Shown here: positions 27,017-37,344 of the stretch, piece by piece | Layout: every line of letters starts with the position of its first letter | Numbering within the stretch: the stretch's first letter is position 1 | Origin: an uncultured Gammaproteobacteria bacterium | GTDB lineage: Bacteria; Patescibacteriota; Microgenomatia; Levybacterales; UBA12049 | Length of the DNA stretch: 64,000 bases | Direction: 5' to 3' | Assembly (NCBI GenBank): GCA_964553245.1 | Contig: CAZKJM010000002.1 | Span: 5,878 to 69,877, forward strand | Notes under the pieces: model-generated | Databases searched by the model: none | Told to the model about the DNA's origin: nothing | What the model saw: only the letters and a program-made list of their open reading frames with translations | Position numbers and translations under genes: made by a program

Positions 27017-27757
27017 CTATATTTCTATAACCATATCGTCCATTGCTGCAATTGTATTGGGAAAAATACTTTGAGCAATTTCTTCTGCCTCTTTTCTCAT
27101 ATCAATTGTTTTATATGTAGTCGCGTCAAAGTGTACCAGAGTAAGTTTTTTAACATTATTTTCTTTTGCGAGTGTTGCAACTTGATATGGATTTGTATGC
27201 CCCCACGAGGATATATTATTTTTAATAAGCGTGCATTCATGAATTAAAAGATCAGAGTTTTCTGCCAATTTTTTACTATTTTCTTCTATTCCGGCATCAC
27301 CGGAGTAGCTGATAATTTTATTGTTTATATTTAATCTATAGCCTAAAACTGGGTCTGCGTGAAACATTTTTAAGCAGTCTATCCCAAAGGGGAGTAATTC
27401 TTTTTCGTTAGGTAATTCATGTATGTTTATTTTTGTTGGTTGATCTTTAATGGGCATTGAGTATGGATGGTTAATAAAAGTATTTAATACTTTTATAACT
27501 CCTTTTTGTCCAAATATTTTGATACCTTGTTCAAATTTAAATTTAGGTAAAATATGAAGACCAAAAATATGATCAAGATGAAAATGGCTTAAGAGTAGGT
27601 AAATTGGTTTGTTGTCTTTAATATATTGATCAATTTTATAAATACCGTTTCCCGCATCTAATATAATATTGTATTCCTCCGTTTGAATTAAAATACAAGG
27701 TGTGTTTCCGGTATTTGTGTCGTACCAACCGTTTGTGCCAAGAAAAATAATTTTCAT
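27017..27757 (-). CDS. MBL-fold hydrolase, RNase Z-like
   Basis: FLGTNG, LDAG.G, SHFHLDH, YSGD, LIHECT, GHT, LVHF. Confidence 0.85.
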   Translation of the reverse strand: MKIIFLGTNGWYDTNTGNTPCILIQTEEYNIILDAGNGIYKIDQYIKDNKPIYLLLSHFHLDHIFGLHILPKFKFEQGIKIFGQKGVIKVLNTFINHPYSMPIKDQPTKINIHELPNEKELLPFGIDCLKMFHADPVLGYRLNINNKIISYSGDAGIEENSKKLAENSDLLIHECTLIKNNISSWGHTNPYQVATLAKENNVKKLTLVHFDATTYKTIDMRKEAEEIAQSIFPNTIAAMDDMVIEI

Positions 27758-27775
27758 GTTTTAAATTATATTAGA

Positions 27776-29152
27776 TTAGTTTTTAGCAGGTTCCATGTGG
27801 ACCACAACGCGTTCTACTTTTGGTATTTGTTTTCGAATTAGATACTCAACTTTAGAAGAAATATCGTGAGTTTCTTCAAGAGGCATTTTCTCGCTTACTA
27901 AACACTCAACGGAAATAAATATTTTTTCATCAACAATTCTTGAAGATATTTGCCTAATTTCAAAAATTGATGAAATTTGACTTTTAACCTTGTTTAACGC
28001 TTTTCCTACCAGTATTAAATCTTTTTTATCTAGTTCTTTTCCAATTAGCGCAGTTGGTTCAAGTGGTTCTATATGAATATCGATTTCTAAATCTTGCCCC
28101 AATTCTTTATTAATAATTTTTCTTAATTCATCGGCTTTTTTATGCGCTTTTTTTAAAACAAGATTACTTTGTACTTCAAGATCAAAGCTGACAATTTTTT
28201 TATTATTTAAAGTGTGAACAGAGATATCATGAACAGCTACTCCTGAATTACTTGCTATTATTTGGATTTGTTCGGTTATTGTTTCGTCTTTTAAGATAAC
28301 CGGTTTTACGTGTACAACAACATCGGCGTCTGCTACTATTTTTTGCACTGTTTTTTCTACATCTTTAGTAATTTTATCCATTGTTTCAAGGGGAACCTTT
28401 CTTCCGATTTCAACAATCATATCTATAAAATAAGAATGACCGGTTGGTCTTATTCTTAATCTTTGAATTCCGGCAACTCCATTTACCTTTAATGCGTGTT
28501 CTTTGATATTGTCAGTTAATCCTTTTGGAGCAGTATCTAAAAGCACAGCAATTGTTCTCTTTCCAAGCCCATAACTTACAAAAAGAACAAGAATGGCAAC
28601 GCCAATTGCGGCAAACGAGTCAGCGCCTTTTATCCCAAGGTACGCAAAAATAAGCCCTAAAATTACAACGCCGGAAGAATAAATATCTGAACTAAAGTGG
28701 AGTGCATCTGCTTCCAGCGCCTGACTATTGGTTTCTTTTGCCACCTTACTTAAAGCTTTAGATCGTGTAATGTCTACAATAATTGAAATTATCATTACGG
28801 CAAAAGAATACCAAGCAATTTCTACTTCCAGCTCTTTTGTAATAAGTCTTCTTACCGCTTCATAAATAATCCATGCGCAAGTAATAAACAGCAGTAAAGT
28901 TTCTGCTAAAGCAGATAAATTTTCTACTTTTCCGTGACCGTAGTGATGTTCGGCGTCTGCAGGTTTTTTGGAAATTTTAACGGCAAAATAAGTAATTAAT
29001 GCTGCTCCAAGATCCAGAGCGGAATGCGCAGCCTCGGAAATTATTCCCATGCTACCGGTAATAATTCCAACAATAAGCTTTAAAGAAGTCAAAAGAATTC
29101 CGGCTAAAACCGAACTTAGTGCAACTTTTTCTTTCTTAGCATTTTTGTCCAT
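27776..29152 (-). CDS. Cation diffusion facilitator transporter with extended repeated cytoplasmic domains
   Basis: SEAAHSALD, HHYGHGKVEN, ADALHFSSD; three C-terminal repeats ending VHVKP, IHIEP and VHMEP. Confidence 0.9.
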   Translation of the reverse strand: MDKNAKKEKVALSSVLAGILLTSLKLIVGIITGSMGIISEAAHSALDLGAALITYFAVKISKKPADAEHHYGHGKVENLSALAETLLLFITCAWIIYEAVRRLITKELEVEIAWYSFAVMIISIIVDITRSKALSKVAKETNSQALEADALHFSSDIYSSGVVILGLIFAYLGIKGADSFAAIGVAILVLFVSYGLGKRTIAVLLDTAPKGLTDNIKEHALKVNGVAGIQRLRIRPTGHSYFIDMIVEIGRKVPLETMDKITKDVEKTVQKIVADADVVVHVKPVILKDETITEQIQIIASNSGVAVHDISVHTLNNKKIVSFDLEVQSNLVLKKAHKKADELRKIINKELGQDLEIDIHIEPLEPTALIGKELDKKDLILVGKALNKVKSQISSIFEIRQISSRIVDEKIFISVECLVSEKMPLEETHDISSKVEYLIRKQIPKVERVVVHMEPAKN

Positions 29153-29325
29153 AGTTAATCATATTGTAAGTTTTTAGCCATAGTTTGTAAACTTCTAAAA
29201 AATTTAACACAAATGGTTTTTGTATCACTTCTTTTTATTAAATCCTATTTAATCTCAATTGACTTGTTCTTGCTTTTAATATACATTTTAGGTACCTGCT
29301 TTTAATTAGGTGAAGGGAGGTGATT

Positions 29326-29535
29326 ATGATGAAAGGCCTCCATATTTTAGCCTACGTTTTAGTAATAGTTGGTGCACTTAACTGGGGATTAATCGGCGTT
29401 TTTAACCTCAATTTAGTAAATGTTATTTTGGGAACAATTCCATGGCTCGAAAGACTAATTTATGTCTTAGTCGGTTTGTCTGCAGTTTATGATGCTTTTT
29501 TACATGCGCAAAATTGCAAAATGTGCGGTAAGTAA
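29326..29535 (+). CDS. DUF378 family small membrane protein
   Basis: LVIVGALNWGLIG...IYVLVGLSA; SD GGAGGTGA. Confidence 0.9.
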   Translation: MMKGLHILAYVLVIVGALNWGLIGVFNLNLVNVILGTIPWLERLIYVLVGLSAVYDAFLHAQNCKMCGK

Positions 29536-29540
29536 ATGGG

Positions 29541-29738
29541 TTATTTTACTCTATAATAAAAATGCTGTAGCTTAGATGCTGCAGAGCAGATAATTTTTGT
29601 AATGTTATTGATGCCGCATAAAATGAAAGGGGGAATTTCTTTTTCTGGTTTCCGTTCTTGATACCCATTTTGATTTATTGGTAGGCTTTCTTTGTAATTC
29701 ATTAACTTCTCTATATCACAATCTATCGTACGCGTCAA
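29541..29738 (-). CDS. Hypothetical small protein
   Basis: 65-aa ORF filling the intergenic gap; no motif. Confidence 0.3.
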   Translation of the reverse strand: MTRTIDCDIEKLMNYKESLPINQNGYQERKPEKEIPPFILCGINNITKIICSAASKLQHFYYRVK

Positions 29739-29786
29739 GAAAACTTGATTATTTTTAAAATATTAGTTAATATACGGTGACCTAAT

Positions 29787-30881
29787 ATGAACCCCAGGCT
29801 TTGGAAATGGATAATACTAACGGTCACTCCAATTGTTATTACTTTTGTTTTCTCACTTATAATTCCTAAAGAAAGTGTCAAAGAAATTCAGCCTGTTATC
29901 GATAAGATTACAAAATTTAACCCAGAATCCTTTATTGCAAAAAGTCCAACAATTGAAAGTATTTTTGATGATGATAATAAATGGATTGCAACACTTTCTG
30001 CAGAAAAAATAAAGACAATAATTTTTACAGGAGATGTTATTCCGGCAAGATCGGTAAATGCAAAGACTGTAAGAACTAACGATTTTAATTGGCCGTATTT
30101 AAAAACCTTTAAAAAAACAAGAGATGCAGATTTAACAGTAGCCAATTTAGAATCACCGCTTATTCAAGATTGTCCAATAACGGATGAGGGGATGGTTTTT
30201 TGCGGAGCAAGTGAAAACGTTCAGGGTTTAGTTTTTGCAGGAATAGACATTGTAAGCATTGCTAATAACCATTTTGCAAATTATGGTGAAGAAGGGATTA
30301 GAAAAACAGTAGATTTGTTAACAAAAAATAATATTAATACAGTTGGATTAGATACTATTTTAGTAAGGGAAATTAAAGATACTAAATTTGGATTTTTAGC
30401 TTACAACGATATTGAAAAAAATCAAGCAGGAATAAATAATGTTGATGAAGAAAAAATAAAAAAAGACATTAAAAACGCAAAAAAGATTTCCGATTTGGTA
30501 ATTATAATATTTCATTGGGGAGAAGAGTATAGGGATTTGCCGGATGATAGGCAAAAAACCTTGGCGCATTTTGCAGTTGATAATGGTGCGGATCTTATAA
30601 TCGGTAATCATCCGCATTGGATTCAACCGTTAGAAATTTACAAAAACAAAATTATTGTTTATGCCCATGGAAATTTTGTTTTTGACCAGATGTGGTCTTT
30701 AAAAACAAGGCAGGGAATAATCGGAAAATACACTTTTTATGAAAATAAACTGATTGATATTAAATTTTTACCGGTACAGATAGAAGATTATGGACAACCA
30801 TATTTTTTGGAAGGAGATAAAGGTTTGGAAATTTTGAAAACCCTTAAGGAAAAAAGTATTATTTTGTCAAAAAACGAGTGA
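29787..30881 (+). CDS. CapA/PgsA-family metallophosphatase-fold protein
   Basis: TGDV, ANLESP, ANNH, HWGEEY, GNHPH, GNFVFDQ; N-terminal TM. Confidence 0.9.
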   Translation: MNPRLWKWIILTVTPIVITFVFSLIIPKESVKEIQPVIDKITKFNPESFIAKSPTIESIFDDDNKWIATLSAEKIKTIIFTGDVIPARSVNAKTVRTNDFNWPYLKTFKKTRDADLTVANLESPLIQDCPITDEGMVFCGASENVQGLVFAGIDIVSIANNHFANYGEEGIRKTVDLLTKNNINTVGLDTILVREIKDTKFGFLAYNDIEKNQAGINNVDEEKIKKDIKNAKKISDLVIIIFHWGEEYRDLPDDRQKTLAHFAVDNGADLIIGNHPHWIQPLEIYKNKIIVYAHGNFVFDQMWSLKTRQGIIGKYTFYENKLIDIKFLPVQIEDYGQPYFLEGDKGLEILKTLKEKSIILSKNE

Positions 30882-32047
30882 AAAAAGGAATAGCCACTTT
30901 TACTCTAGACTTTGGAAAATGCCCTGCCTGGCTTTTTAACCGGATGGTAAGGCTTTCCCGTGAAATGACAAAGGTTTTAGTGGAAGAGTACGGACCGGAT
31001 GAATTTGTAAAAAGAATTGCCGATCCGGTTTGGTTTCAATCTTTGGGGACTGTTCTTGCTTTCGATTGGAATGCGTCAGGACTTACAACGGTTTTAACAG
31101 GGGCATTAAAAGAGGCAATAAAAGGACAGGAAAAAAATTTAGGAATCTTTATTGCCGGGGGAAAAGGAAAAACTTCATTAAAAACCCCTGACCAAATTAC
31201 AAGCTGGGGAAAGTTTTTAAACTTGTCTGAATTTACAACAAAAACTTTAGTTAGGAATTCCAAAATGTCTGCTAAAGTAGATAGTTCATTAGTTCAGGAC
31301 GGTTATCAACTTTACCATCATGCTTTCTTTTTTTCCGATCCTAAAAAAGGAAACGGAGCATGGGCAGTTGTTCAGCAGGGAATGAATACCAAAAATAAAA
31401 CAGCCAGAAGATATCATTGGTTTGATACTCTAACGAATTCTTCTCGTAATTTTGTTAACGAGCCTCATCTTGGAATAGCATCACAAAAAAAAGAAGAGAT
31501 AGTTTTAAATTTAGTTGCAAGTGATAGTTCTAAGACTAGAGATGTCTCCACGGAGTTAATTCAAGGGGGATATAAGCAGCTTAATAGTGATATTAAGCTT
31601 TTGCAAAAACACCAGAACGAAATGTCTAAAATGTTAAGATTTAAGCACGGAGACGATGTCTGCACATTATTGAAGTTAGAAAAAGAAGATTTTTACCATC
31701 ACAGTATTGAATCGGAAGATTTTTCAAAGAGTAAATACTTGGATAAAATGCTTAAGAAGCTAGACGAAATAAAACCAAAAACCTATGAAGAACTTGTGGA
31801 GACAAAGGGAGTCGGTCCAAAAACGGTAAGGGCATTATCATTAGTTTCCGAAGTAATTTACGGAGCAGAACCTTCTTATAAAGACCCTGCAAGATATAGT
31901 TTTGCCCATGGTGGAAAAGATACAATTCCTTTTCCAGTTGACAGAAAAACTTATGATTCTACTATTGAAATCCTGTCAAACGCAGTAAGAAAAACAAAAA
32001 TTACCCCCTTTGAAAAAGACAGAATTCTAAGGAGGATTACAAGATAA
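30878..32047 (+). CDS. DUF763 family protein
   Basis: DPVWFQ..G.VL..DWN.SG.TT, AKVDS..VQDGYQLYHH, VQQGMN, GVGPKTVRAL, DPARYSFAHGGKD. Confidence 0.9.
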   Translation: MKKGIATFTLDFGKCPAWLFNRMVRLSREMTKVLVEEYGPDEFVKRIADPVWFQSLGTVLAFDWNASGLTTVLTGALKEAIKGQEKNLGIFIAGGKGKTSLKTPDQITSWGKFLNLSEFTTKTLVRNSKMSAKVDSSLVQDGYQLYHHAFFFSDPKKGNGAWAVVQQGMNTKNKTARRYHWFDTLTNSSRNFVNEPHLGIASQKKEEIVLNLVASDSSKTRDVSTELIQGGYKQLNSDIKLLQKHQNEMSKMLRFKHGDDVCTLLKLEKEDFYHHSIESEDFSKSKYLDKMLKKLDEIKPKTYEELVETKGVGPKTVRALSLVSEVIYGAEPSYKDPARYSFAHGGKDTIPFPVDRKTYDSTIEILSNAVRKTKITPFEKDRILRRITR

Positions 32048-32113
32048 TTGACACCTCTTATTGATTTTGCTTAAACTATTTATAGAGATTAAGTATAAAG
32101 GGGGTGATTAATA

Positions 32114-32656
32114 GTGGCAAAGAAAAAAACAAAAAAAATTAGAATATACAACAATATTAAAGATGTTTGGTATGTTGTGTTAGCAGTTGTAGCATTGCTT
32201 TTTGCAATTGTTGTATTTAAATATTTTATTAATAATCAAGATAAGAATGCAGTACCTGAAGCTCAAACAGTACAGGCAAAAGAATTGATAAAGTTTGTTG
32301 ATTCTGCTGCAAATCTAGTCGAAGAAAAAGGCGAGGAGGCATTTTTAGACTTTAAAAACGGAGCATGGAATATGGGAGAGAAATACATTTTTGTTTACGA
32401 CATAAACGGAAACACGAAAGTTTTACCTCCACAGCCGGAGCTTGAGGGAACAAACAGGCTTGATGTGAGCGATCCGAATGGAGTTTTTTTTGTTAAAGAT
32501 ATGATTAATCAAGCTTATAACAAGTCTTCCGGATGGGTTAATTATATGTACGAAAAACCAGGAACAAAAAATTTAGCGGAAAAATTGAGTTATTTTAAGA
32601 AAGTTTTAATCGGTGGAAACTATTATATAGTTGGATCCGGAATATATCTTGATTAA
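32114..32656 (+). CDS. Stand-alone membrane-anchored Cache-domain protein
   Basis: TM helix, then YIFVYD..G, DPNG..FV, GWVNY...KPG, KLSY, VGSGIY. Confidence 0.85.
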   Translation: MAKKKTKKIRIYNNIKDVWYVVLAVVALLFAIVVFKYFINNQDKNAVPEAQTVQAKELIKFVDSAANLVEEKGEEAFLDFKNGAWNMGEKYIFVYDINGNTKVLPPQPELEGTNRLDVSDPNGVFFVKDMINQAYNKSSGWVNYMYEKPGTKNLAEKLSYFKKVLIGGNYYIVGSGIYLD

Positions 32657-32673
32657 TAATTTAATCCTGCCTG

Positions 32674-32705
32674 AAAAAATAGCTGTTTTATACAGCTATT
32701 TTTTT
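32674..32705. terminator. Bidirectional intrinsic-terminator-like hairpin
   Basis: AAAAAATAGCTGT-TTTAT-ACAGCTATTTTTT between convergent genes. Confidence 0.65.
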
Positions 32706-32737
32706 ATTAAGACAGGTGTTAAAAAAACATCGTTTGC

Positions 32738-33226
32738 TTACTTAAGTGCTAATTTAGTTCGGATTCTACGGTATCTGTTCACGTAGCTCATTGGATCCAG
32801 TGACTGAAAACACTCACAGGCTATTAATGGATATAAAGATCTTATAATTCTTTGAAAATCATTTACTCTGACTTCATTAACAAATTTTGCAACAAAAGTT
32901 ATAGTGTTTTTTTCTTCTTCTGTTAATACATCTTTTTTAACAGGTTTTAATCTTGGAATGTCTTTTAATAAATGCTCAAGTCTATAACTCGTGGGAAGGC
33001 ATAGCGGGAATGATGTATGCCATCGAAAATTTGTAATAGTTGCATCGTGTTCAATAGCATGTTTCCAATCTACCAAATAAATTGTGCTTTTTTGTAACTC
33101 TTCTGGTAATCGTATAAAATTTTCACCACAGCTTGAATATAAATCCTGGCATACGGCTTTATTTTTTGTCCATGGATTCACTTTTTCTTTGGTTGGAGTA
33201 TGTAACGATATTTCCGATAAACTCAT
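32738..33226 (-). CDS. Hypothetical protein, possibly a degenerate Panacea/SocA (DUF4065)-like domain
   Basis: IYLVDWKHAI.H...IT.FRW and LTEEEK.TI.FV...YP resemble Panacea helices, but the GPV motif is missing. Confidence 0.45.
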   Translation of the reverse strand: MSLSEISLHTPTKEKVNPWTKNKAVCQDLYSSCGENFIRLPEELQKSTIYLVDWKHAIEHDATITNFRWHTSFPLCLPTSYRLEHLLKDIPRLKPVKKDVLTEEEKNTITFVAKFVNEVRVNDFQRIIRSLYPLIACECFQSLDPMSYVNRYRRIRTKLALK

Positions 33227-33309
33227 TGTTGGTTTGGATTTTAGAATAGATAAATTTTGTTGTCAATTGGAATTGATTGAATTTAAAACTTATAGTATAA
33301 TCTTAATTT

Positions 33310-33975
33310 ATGGGAAAAGAATTGGAAAGCGAAGGAGATCGTGAATCATTTTTTGCTGGTAGAAATAGAGTGCACAACGTTTATCAAGATTTTTTAACTG
33401 AATTAAAAGAAAAAAGATTAAATATTAGGGGAGAAAAAATATCTTTAGAAAATCCGGATGTCAATTTTTTTTTAGACCAAAACCTTGATTGGATAACCAA
33501 TGAGGATAGCCTAATTGGTTCTTTTGGTTATGAACACGGTGCGTTATTTTGCTATGAATTAATCAAACAAAGATTAAGTATAGTTGGCGAAAAAATACCT
33601 AAAATTAATATTAAAAGTATATGTATTTATATGTTTGATATTACTGGAATATACGACGAAGATTTTAGAGAATATTTTTTTGAAGACAAATATGAAATTG
33701 ATGAAAACAAGGGTAATTACCAAGAATTATTACGTTGGTATTCAAAAAGCAGGAATAAAATAAGTAAAAAAATGGAAAATGATGATCCGGAACTTTTTGA
33801 TTTTTATAAAAATCTAGAATTAGGTTTACCAAAAAAGGACAAAAGATTTGTAAATGGAATGAGAAATGGAATTTTAGATATATATCATTTATTTAAATCT
33901 CATTCTCAAAGACAAGAATTAGAACAAATTTTAAACCTTCCCTTATATGAGGAACCGGATGAAGCCTCTTGTTAA
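33310..33975 (+). CDS. Hypothetical protein
   Basis: 221-aa ORF, TATAAT 8 nt before ATG, divergent from the previous gene. Confidence 0.7.
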   Translation: MGKELESEGDRESFFAGRNRVHNVYQDFLTELKEKRLNIRGEKISLENPDVNFFLDQNLDWITNEDSLIGSFGYEHGALFCYELIKQRLSIVGEKIPKINIKSICIYMFDITGIYDEDFREYFFEDKYEIDENKGNYQELLRWYSKSRNKISKKMENDDPELFDFYKNLELGLPKKDKRFVNGMRNGILDIYHLFKSHSQRQELEQILNLPLYEEPDEASC

Positions 33976-34008
33976 AAGCGAAGTTTAATTTCTGATATAA
34001 TTTTACTT

Positions 34009-35100
34009 ATGTCACTTTCAATCGGTATAGTAGGCTTACCCAACGTAGGGAAGTCAACATTATTTAATGCGATTTTAAAAAAACAAATGGCATATGTTGC
34101 AAATTATCCATTTGCAACAATAGAGCCAAATGTTGGTGTTGTTCCTGTTCCAGATGAAAGATTGAAAAAACTTGCAGAAATAACTAAAGACGAACATAAA
34201 ATGACGAGTCTTCCGCCAATAAAACCGGCAACTGTAAGCTTTGTGGATATCGCAGGTCTTGTAAAAGGGGCATCTGTTGGAGAGGGTTTAGGTAATAAAT
34301 TCTTATCACACATAAGAGAAGTTGACGCTATTTGTCATGTAGTAAGATATTTTAAGGATCCGGATGTAGCCCATGTTTCCGGACAAGTAAATCCCGATTC
34401 TGATTCCAAGATTATTAATATGGAATTAATCTTGGCAGATCTTCAAACAGTAACTAATGCAAGGGATAGAGGATCCTCCTTCGCTAAAGCTTCTGCGGAC
34501 AAGCAAAAGGTTCCGGTTAAAGGTTTTAAAGAAGCAATAACAAAATTAGAAAAGGCATTAAATCTTGGAATTTTAGCAAAAGATGCTGATTTAACAGAAG
34601 AGGAAAATGAATCGATTAAAGACTTGCATTTATTAACTTTAAAGCCAATGTTTTACGCAGCAAATGTAGACGAGGAGGATCTTAAAAAACAATACCCAAA
34701 AGATACGATTGCAGTGTCGGCAAAAATTGAATCAGAATTAGTCATTTTATCTGAAGAAGAACAAAAAGATTATCTTTCGGATCTAGGAATTAATGAATCA
34801 GGACTTGAAAGAATTATAAAAAAGGGTTACGAAATTTTGGATTTAATTTCTTTTTTGACAGCCGGAGAAAAAGAGGTTAGAGCATGGACCATTAAAAAAG
34901 GAACAACTGCTGTAAATGCTGCAGGAGTGATTCATACAGACTTTATAAAAGGTTTTATAAAAGCAGAAGTGATTTCTTTTTTGGATTTTGTTTCCAATGG
35001 AGGCTGGAAGCGCTGCCGTGAAAATGGTAAAACAAGACTTGAAGGTAAAGACTACTTAGTTAAAGATGGAGATATTATAGAGTTTAAAATTAATTCCTAA
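34009..35100 (+). CDS. ychF: Redox-regulated ATPase YchF
   Basis: [57 protein letters not shown]. Confidence 0.97.
   Translation: MSLSIGIVGLPNVGKSTLFNAILKKQMAYVANYPFATIEPNVGVVPVPDERLKKLAEITKDEHKMTSLPPIKPATVSFVDIAGLVKGASVGEGLGNKFLSHIREVDAICHVVRYFKDPDVAHVSGQVNPDSDSKIINMELILADLQTVTNARDRGSSFAKASADKQKVPVKGFKEAITKLEKALNLGILAKDADLTEEENESIKDLHLLTLKPMFYAANVDEEDLKKQYPKDTIAVSAKIESELVILSEEEQKDYLSDLGINESGLERIIKKGYEILDLISFLTAGEKEVRAWTIKKGTTAVNAAGVIHTDFIKGFIKAEVISFLDFVSNGGWKRCRENGKTRLEGKDYLVKDGDIIEFKINS
34474..34503 (+). repeat. In-frame palindromic element in ychF ([10 protein letters not shown])
   Basis: TCCTCCTTCGCTAAAGCTTCTGCGGACAAG, near-identical core to the 13796 and 13859 hairpins. Confidence 0.75.
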
Positions 35101-35174
35101 TATTCGATTTTGCCCTATTGACAGCAAAAACTACTTCTGTTATATTTCAGACTTATTAGAATTTATTTTATATT

Positions 35175-35504
35175 ATGAATGGAAACGGAAAAGAATGTTT
35201 AAGATCATGTGTATATTCTGTAAAAACAGGTGAGGGAATAATTGTTCCCCTTATAAAACATGACAGAAAATCTCCTTATGAATTACCATGTGATGAAGTT
35301 GCGGCTACGATAAGTCCTGAAAAAATTTTTAAAGTATGTGAAGAAACAGGAAGAAAGGAAAATCATAAACCAATTTGTGGTGAGGGATGTAAAAAACAGA
35401 GAGAAGAAGGATTGTGTCCAATGGGAAGGTCTTCAGAATTACCGGTTAAAGTTGGATCAAGATTACCAAAGGGATTAATTTTTACAAGAGAGTTAATTTC
35501 TTAA
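35175..35504 (+). CDS. Hypothetical Cys-containing small protein
   Basis: 109-aa ORF with 7 Cys; promoter TTGACA 35118, 17 nt, TATATT 35141. Confidence 0.6.
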   Translation: MNGNGKECLRSCVYSVKTGEGIIVPLIKHDRKSPYELPCDEVAATISPEKIFKVCEETGRKENHKPICGEGCKKQREEGLCPMGRSSELPVKVGSRLPKGLIFTRELIS

Positions 35505-35555
35505 GTCCAAAACCACTTGCAATTTTGCCTCATTCTTGATAGGATAAAGCAACTT

Positions 35556-35834
35556 ATGAGAACATATGAATTGGTATTAATTTTAAAGTCTGCATTGACA
35601 GATGCGCAAAGAAAAAAGCTTTTAGAATCTGTAAAAAGTTGGCTTAAAGATTTAAAAATTGTTAAAGAAAACGACCTTGGCGTAAAAACGTTAAGTTATA
35701 AAATAAAAAAGGAATTAAATGGATATTTTGTGCACTTAATGCTAGAAGCAAAAGAGAGTATATCAGCTGATTTAGAAAAGAAGATTTTAAACAACGAAGA
35801 CATAATTCGACATTTGCTTTTAAAAACGAAATAA
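35556..35834 (+). CDS. rpsF: 30S ribosomal protein S6
   Basis: MRTYEL, G.K.LSYKIKK..G.F, IIRHL; rpsF-ssb-rpsR synteny. Confidence 0.93.
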   Translation: MRTYELVLILKSALTDAQRKKLLESVKSWLKDLKIVKENDLGVKTLSYKIKKELNGYFVHLMLEAKESISADLEKKILNNEDIIRHLLLKTK

Positions 35835-35836
35835 AT

Positions 35837-36328
35837 ATGGCAAGAAGTTTAAATAGAGTTCAATTAATTGGAAACTTAACAAGGGATCCGGAATTAAGGT
35901 ACACGCCCAGCGGTACGGCTGTGTGCACATTTGGATTGGCAACAAACAGAGCATGGACAACAGATAATGGAGAAAAACATGAAGAAGCAGAATTTCACAG
36001 AGTTGTTGCTTGGAATAAATTAGCAGAGCTCTGCAGTCAATTCTTAACAAAAGGAAGAAAAGTTTTTGTAGAAGGAAGACTTTCTACAAGATCGTGGAAT
36101 GCGCAAGATGGAACACAAAAACAAACAACGGAGGTTGTTATTTCGGATATGATCCTTTTGGATTCCAAAAGATCAGAAGGAGAAACAATAGCGGAAGATT
36201 TAGGTGAAAAACAAACAGTCCAAGAAGATGAAAAATCTGTGAAACCAGTTTCCAAAAAAACGAAAAAAGAGGAAGTAGAAAAGGCGGAAGAATCGGAAGA
36301 GATAATCCCGGACGATATACCGTTCTAA
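35837..36328 (+). CDS. ssb: Single-stranded DNA-binding protein
   Basis: LNRVQLIGNLTRDPELRYTPSG; C-terminal DDIPF. Confidence 0.97.
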   Translation: MARSLNRVQLIGNLTRDPELRYTPSGTAVCTFGLATNRAWTTDNGEKHEEAEFHRVVAWNKLAELCSQFLTKGRKVFVEGRLSTRSWNAQDGTQKQTTEVVISDMILLDSKRSEGETIAEDLGEKQTVQEDEKSVKPVSKKTKKEEVEKAEESEEIIPDDIPF

Positions 36329-36331
36329 AAT

Positions 36332-36577
36332 ATGATAAAGAAAAGAACTACAAGAAGAATTCAGAAAAATATTGTTCCAAAAAAATGTCATTTTTGTGAA
36401 ATTAAAAAAGAACCATATTTCTTAGATACACCGGATCTTAAAAAATTTTTAACAGAAAGAGGCAAGATTATACCAAGATCAAGGAATGGTCTTTGCGCTA
36501 AGCATCAAAGACGATTAACGTCGTCAGTCAAACACGCAAGACATCTAGCGCTTTTGCCTTTTATAGTAAGAGTTTAA
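36332..36577 (+). CDS. rpsR: 30S ribosomal protein S18
   Basis: [30 protein letters not shown]. Confidence 0.95.
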   Translation: MIKKRTTRRIQKNIVPKKCHFCEIKKEPYFLDTPDLKKFLTERGKIIPRSRNGLCAKHQRRLTSSVKHARHLALLPFIVRV

Positions 36578-36585
36578 AATCATAA

Positions 36586-37344
36586 ATGACTTTACTGCCT
36601 ATACTTCTTCCAAGCGGGTTTAATTCAAAAGTTGCTGTTAAGGATAAGATTACAGCGGGTCAAATTATTGCCGAAAAAAAAGAAGAATTAACAGACGAAA
36701 TTATTTATTTGGCAAAAGATCTCAAGATACCCCCTAAAAAAATTACAAAAGCCTTAAAAAAAAATCTAGGTGATAGGATTAACAGGGGAGAAATAGTTGC
36801 AGCAAAAAAAGGAAGCCTTGGAATGGGCGGCAAAAAAATTATCAGCGAATTTTCAGGGACTATTAATAAAATAGATGAGGAAAAAGGGGAAATCTGGGTT
36901 AGGGTTTTGGCAAAAAGTGACAATCCGGAAAATATATTATCACCTGTTGATGCAGTAGTGGATTTATGTGATAATGAAAAAATTGTTTTAAAAACAGAAA
37001 AACCGGCGATTCTTTTGGAAAACACCTGCGGTAAGAACGTGCGAGGAGAATTACTCTGTTTATCAAAAGAATTTATCGACGATGAGGATGTTAAAAAAGA
37101 AGTAAGCGGAAAAATTATTGTAGGGAAAAAGTTTGAAAAAGCAGCGGTTTTTAAGGCAATTGCAATGGGAACCCTTGGGATTATAACAACAGATATTGAT
37201 AATGCAAGATTCTCGGAATTTACGGAAAGAAAAATTGATACTCCGATTTTTAGCATTAATAACGAGAATTATAGTGGTTTATTAAAATATAAAGAGCATC
37301 AAGTGTATATGGACTCGAATAATAAGGTAATTATTGTTTTATGA
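36586..37344 (+). CDS. Hypothetical protein with barrel-sandwich-hybrid-like repeats
   Basis: V.VKD.I..GQIIA and K.LGD.I.RGE.VA...SEFSG.I patterns. Confidence 0.65.
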   Translation: MTLLPILLPSGFNSKVAVKDKITAGQIIAEKKEELTDEIIYLAKDLKIPPKKITKALKKNLGDRINRGEIVAAKKGSLGMGGKKIISEFSGTINKIDEEKGEIWVRVLAKSDNPENILSPVDAVVDLCDNEKIVLKTEKPAILLENTCGKNVRGELLCLSKEFIDDEDVKKEVSGKIIVGKKFEKAAVFKAIAMGTLGIITTDIDNARFSEFTERKIDTPIFSINNENYSGLLKYKEHQVYMDSNNKVIIVL

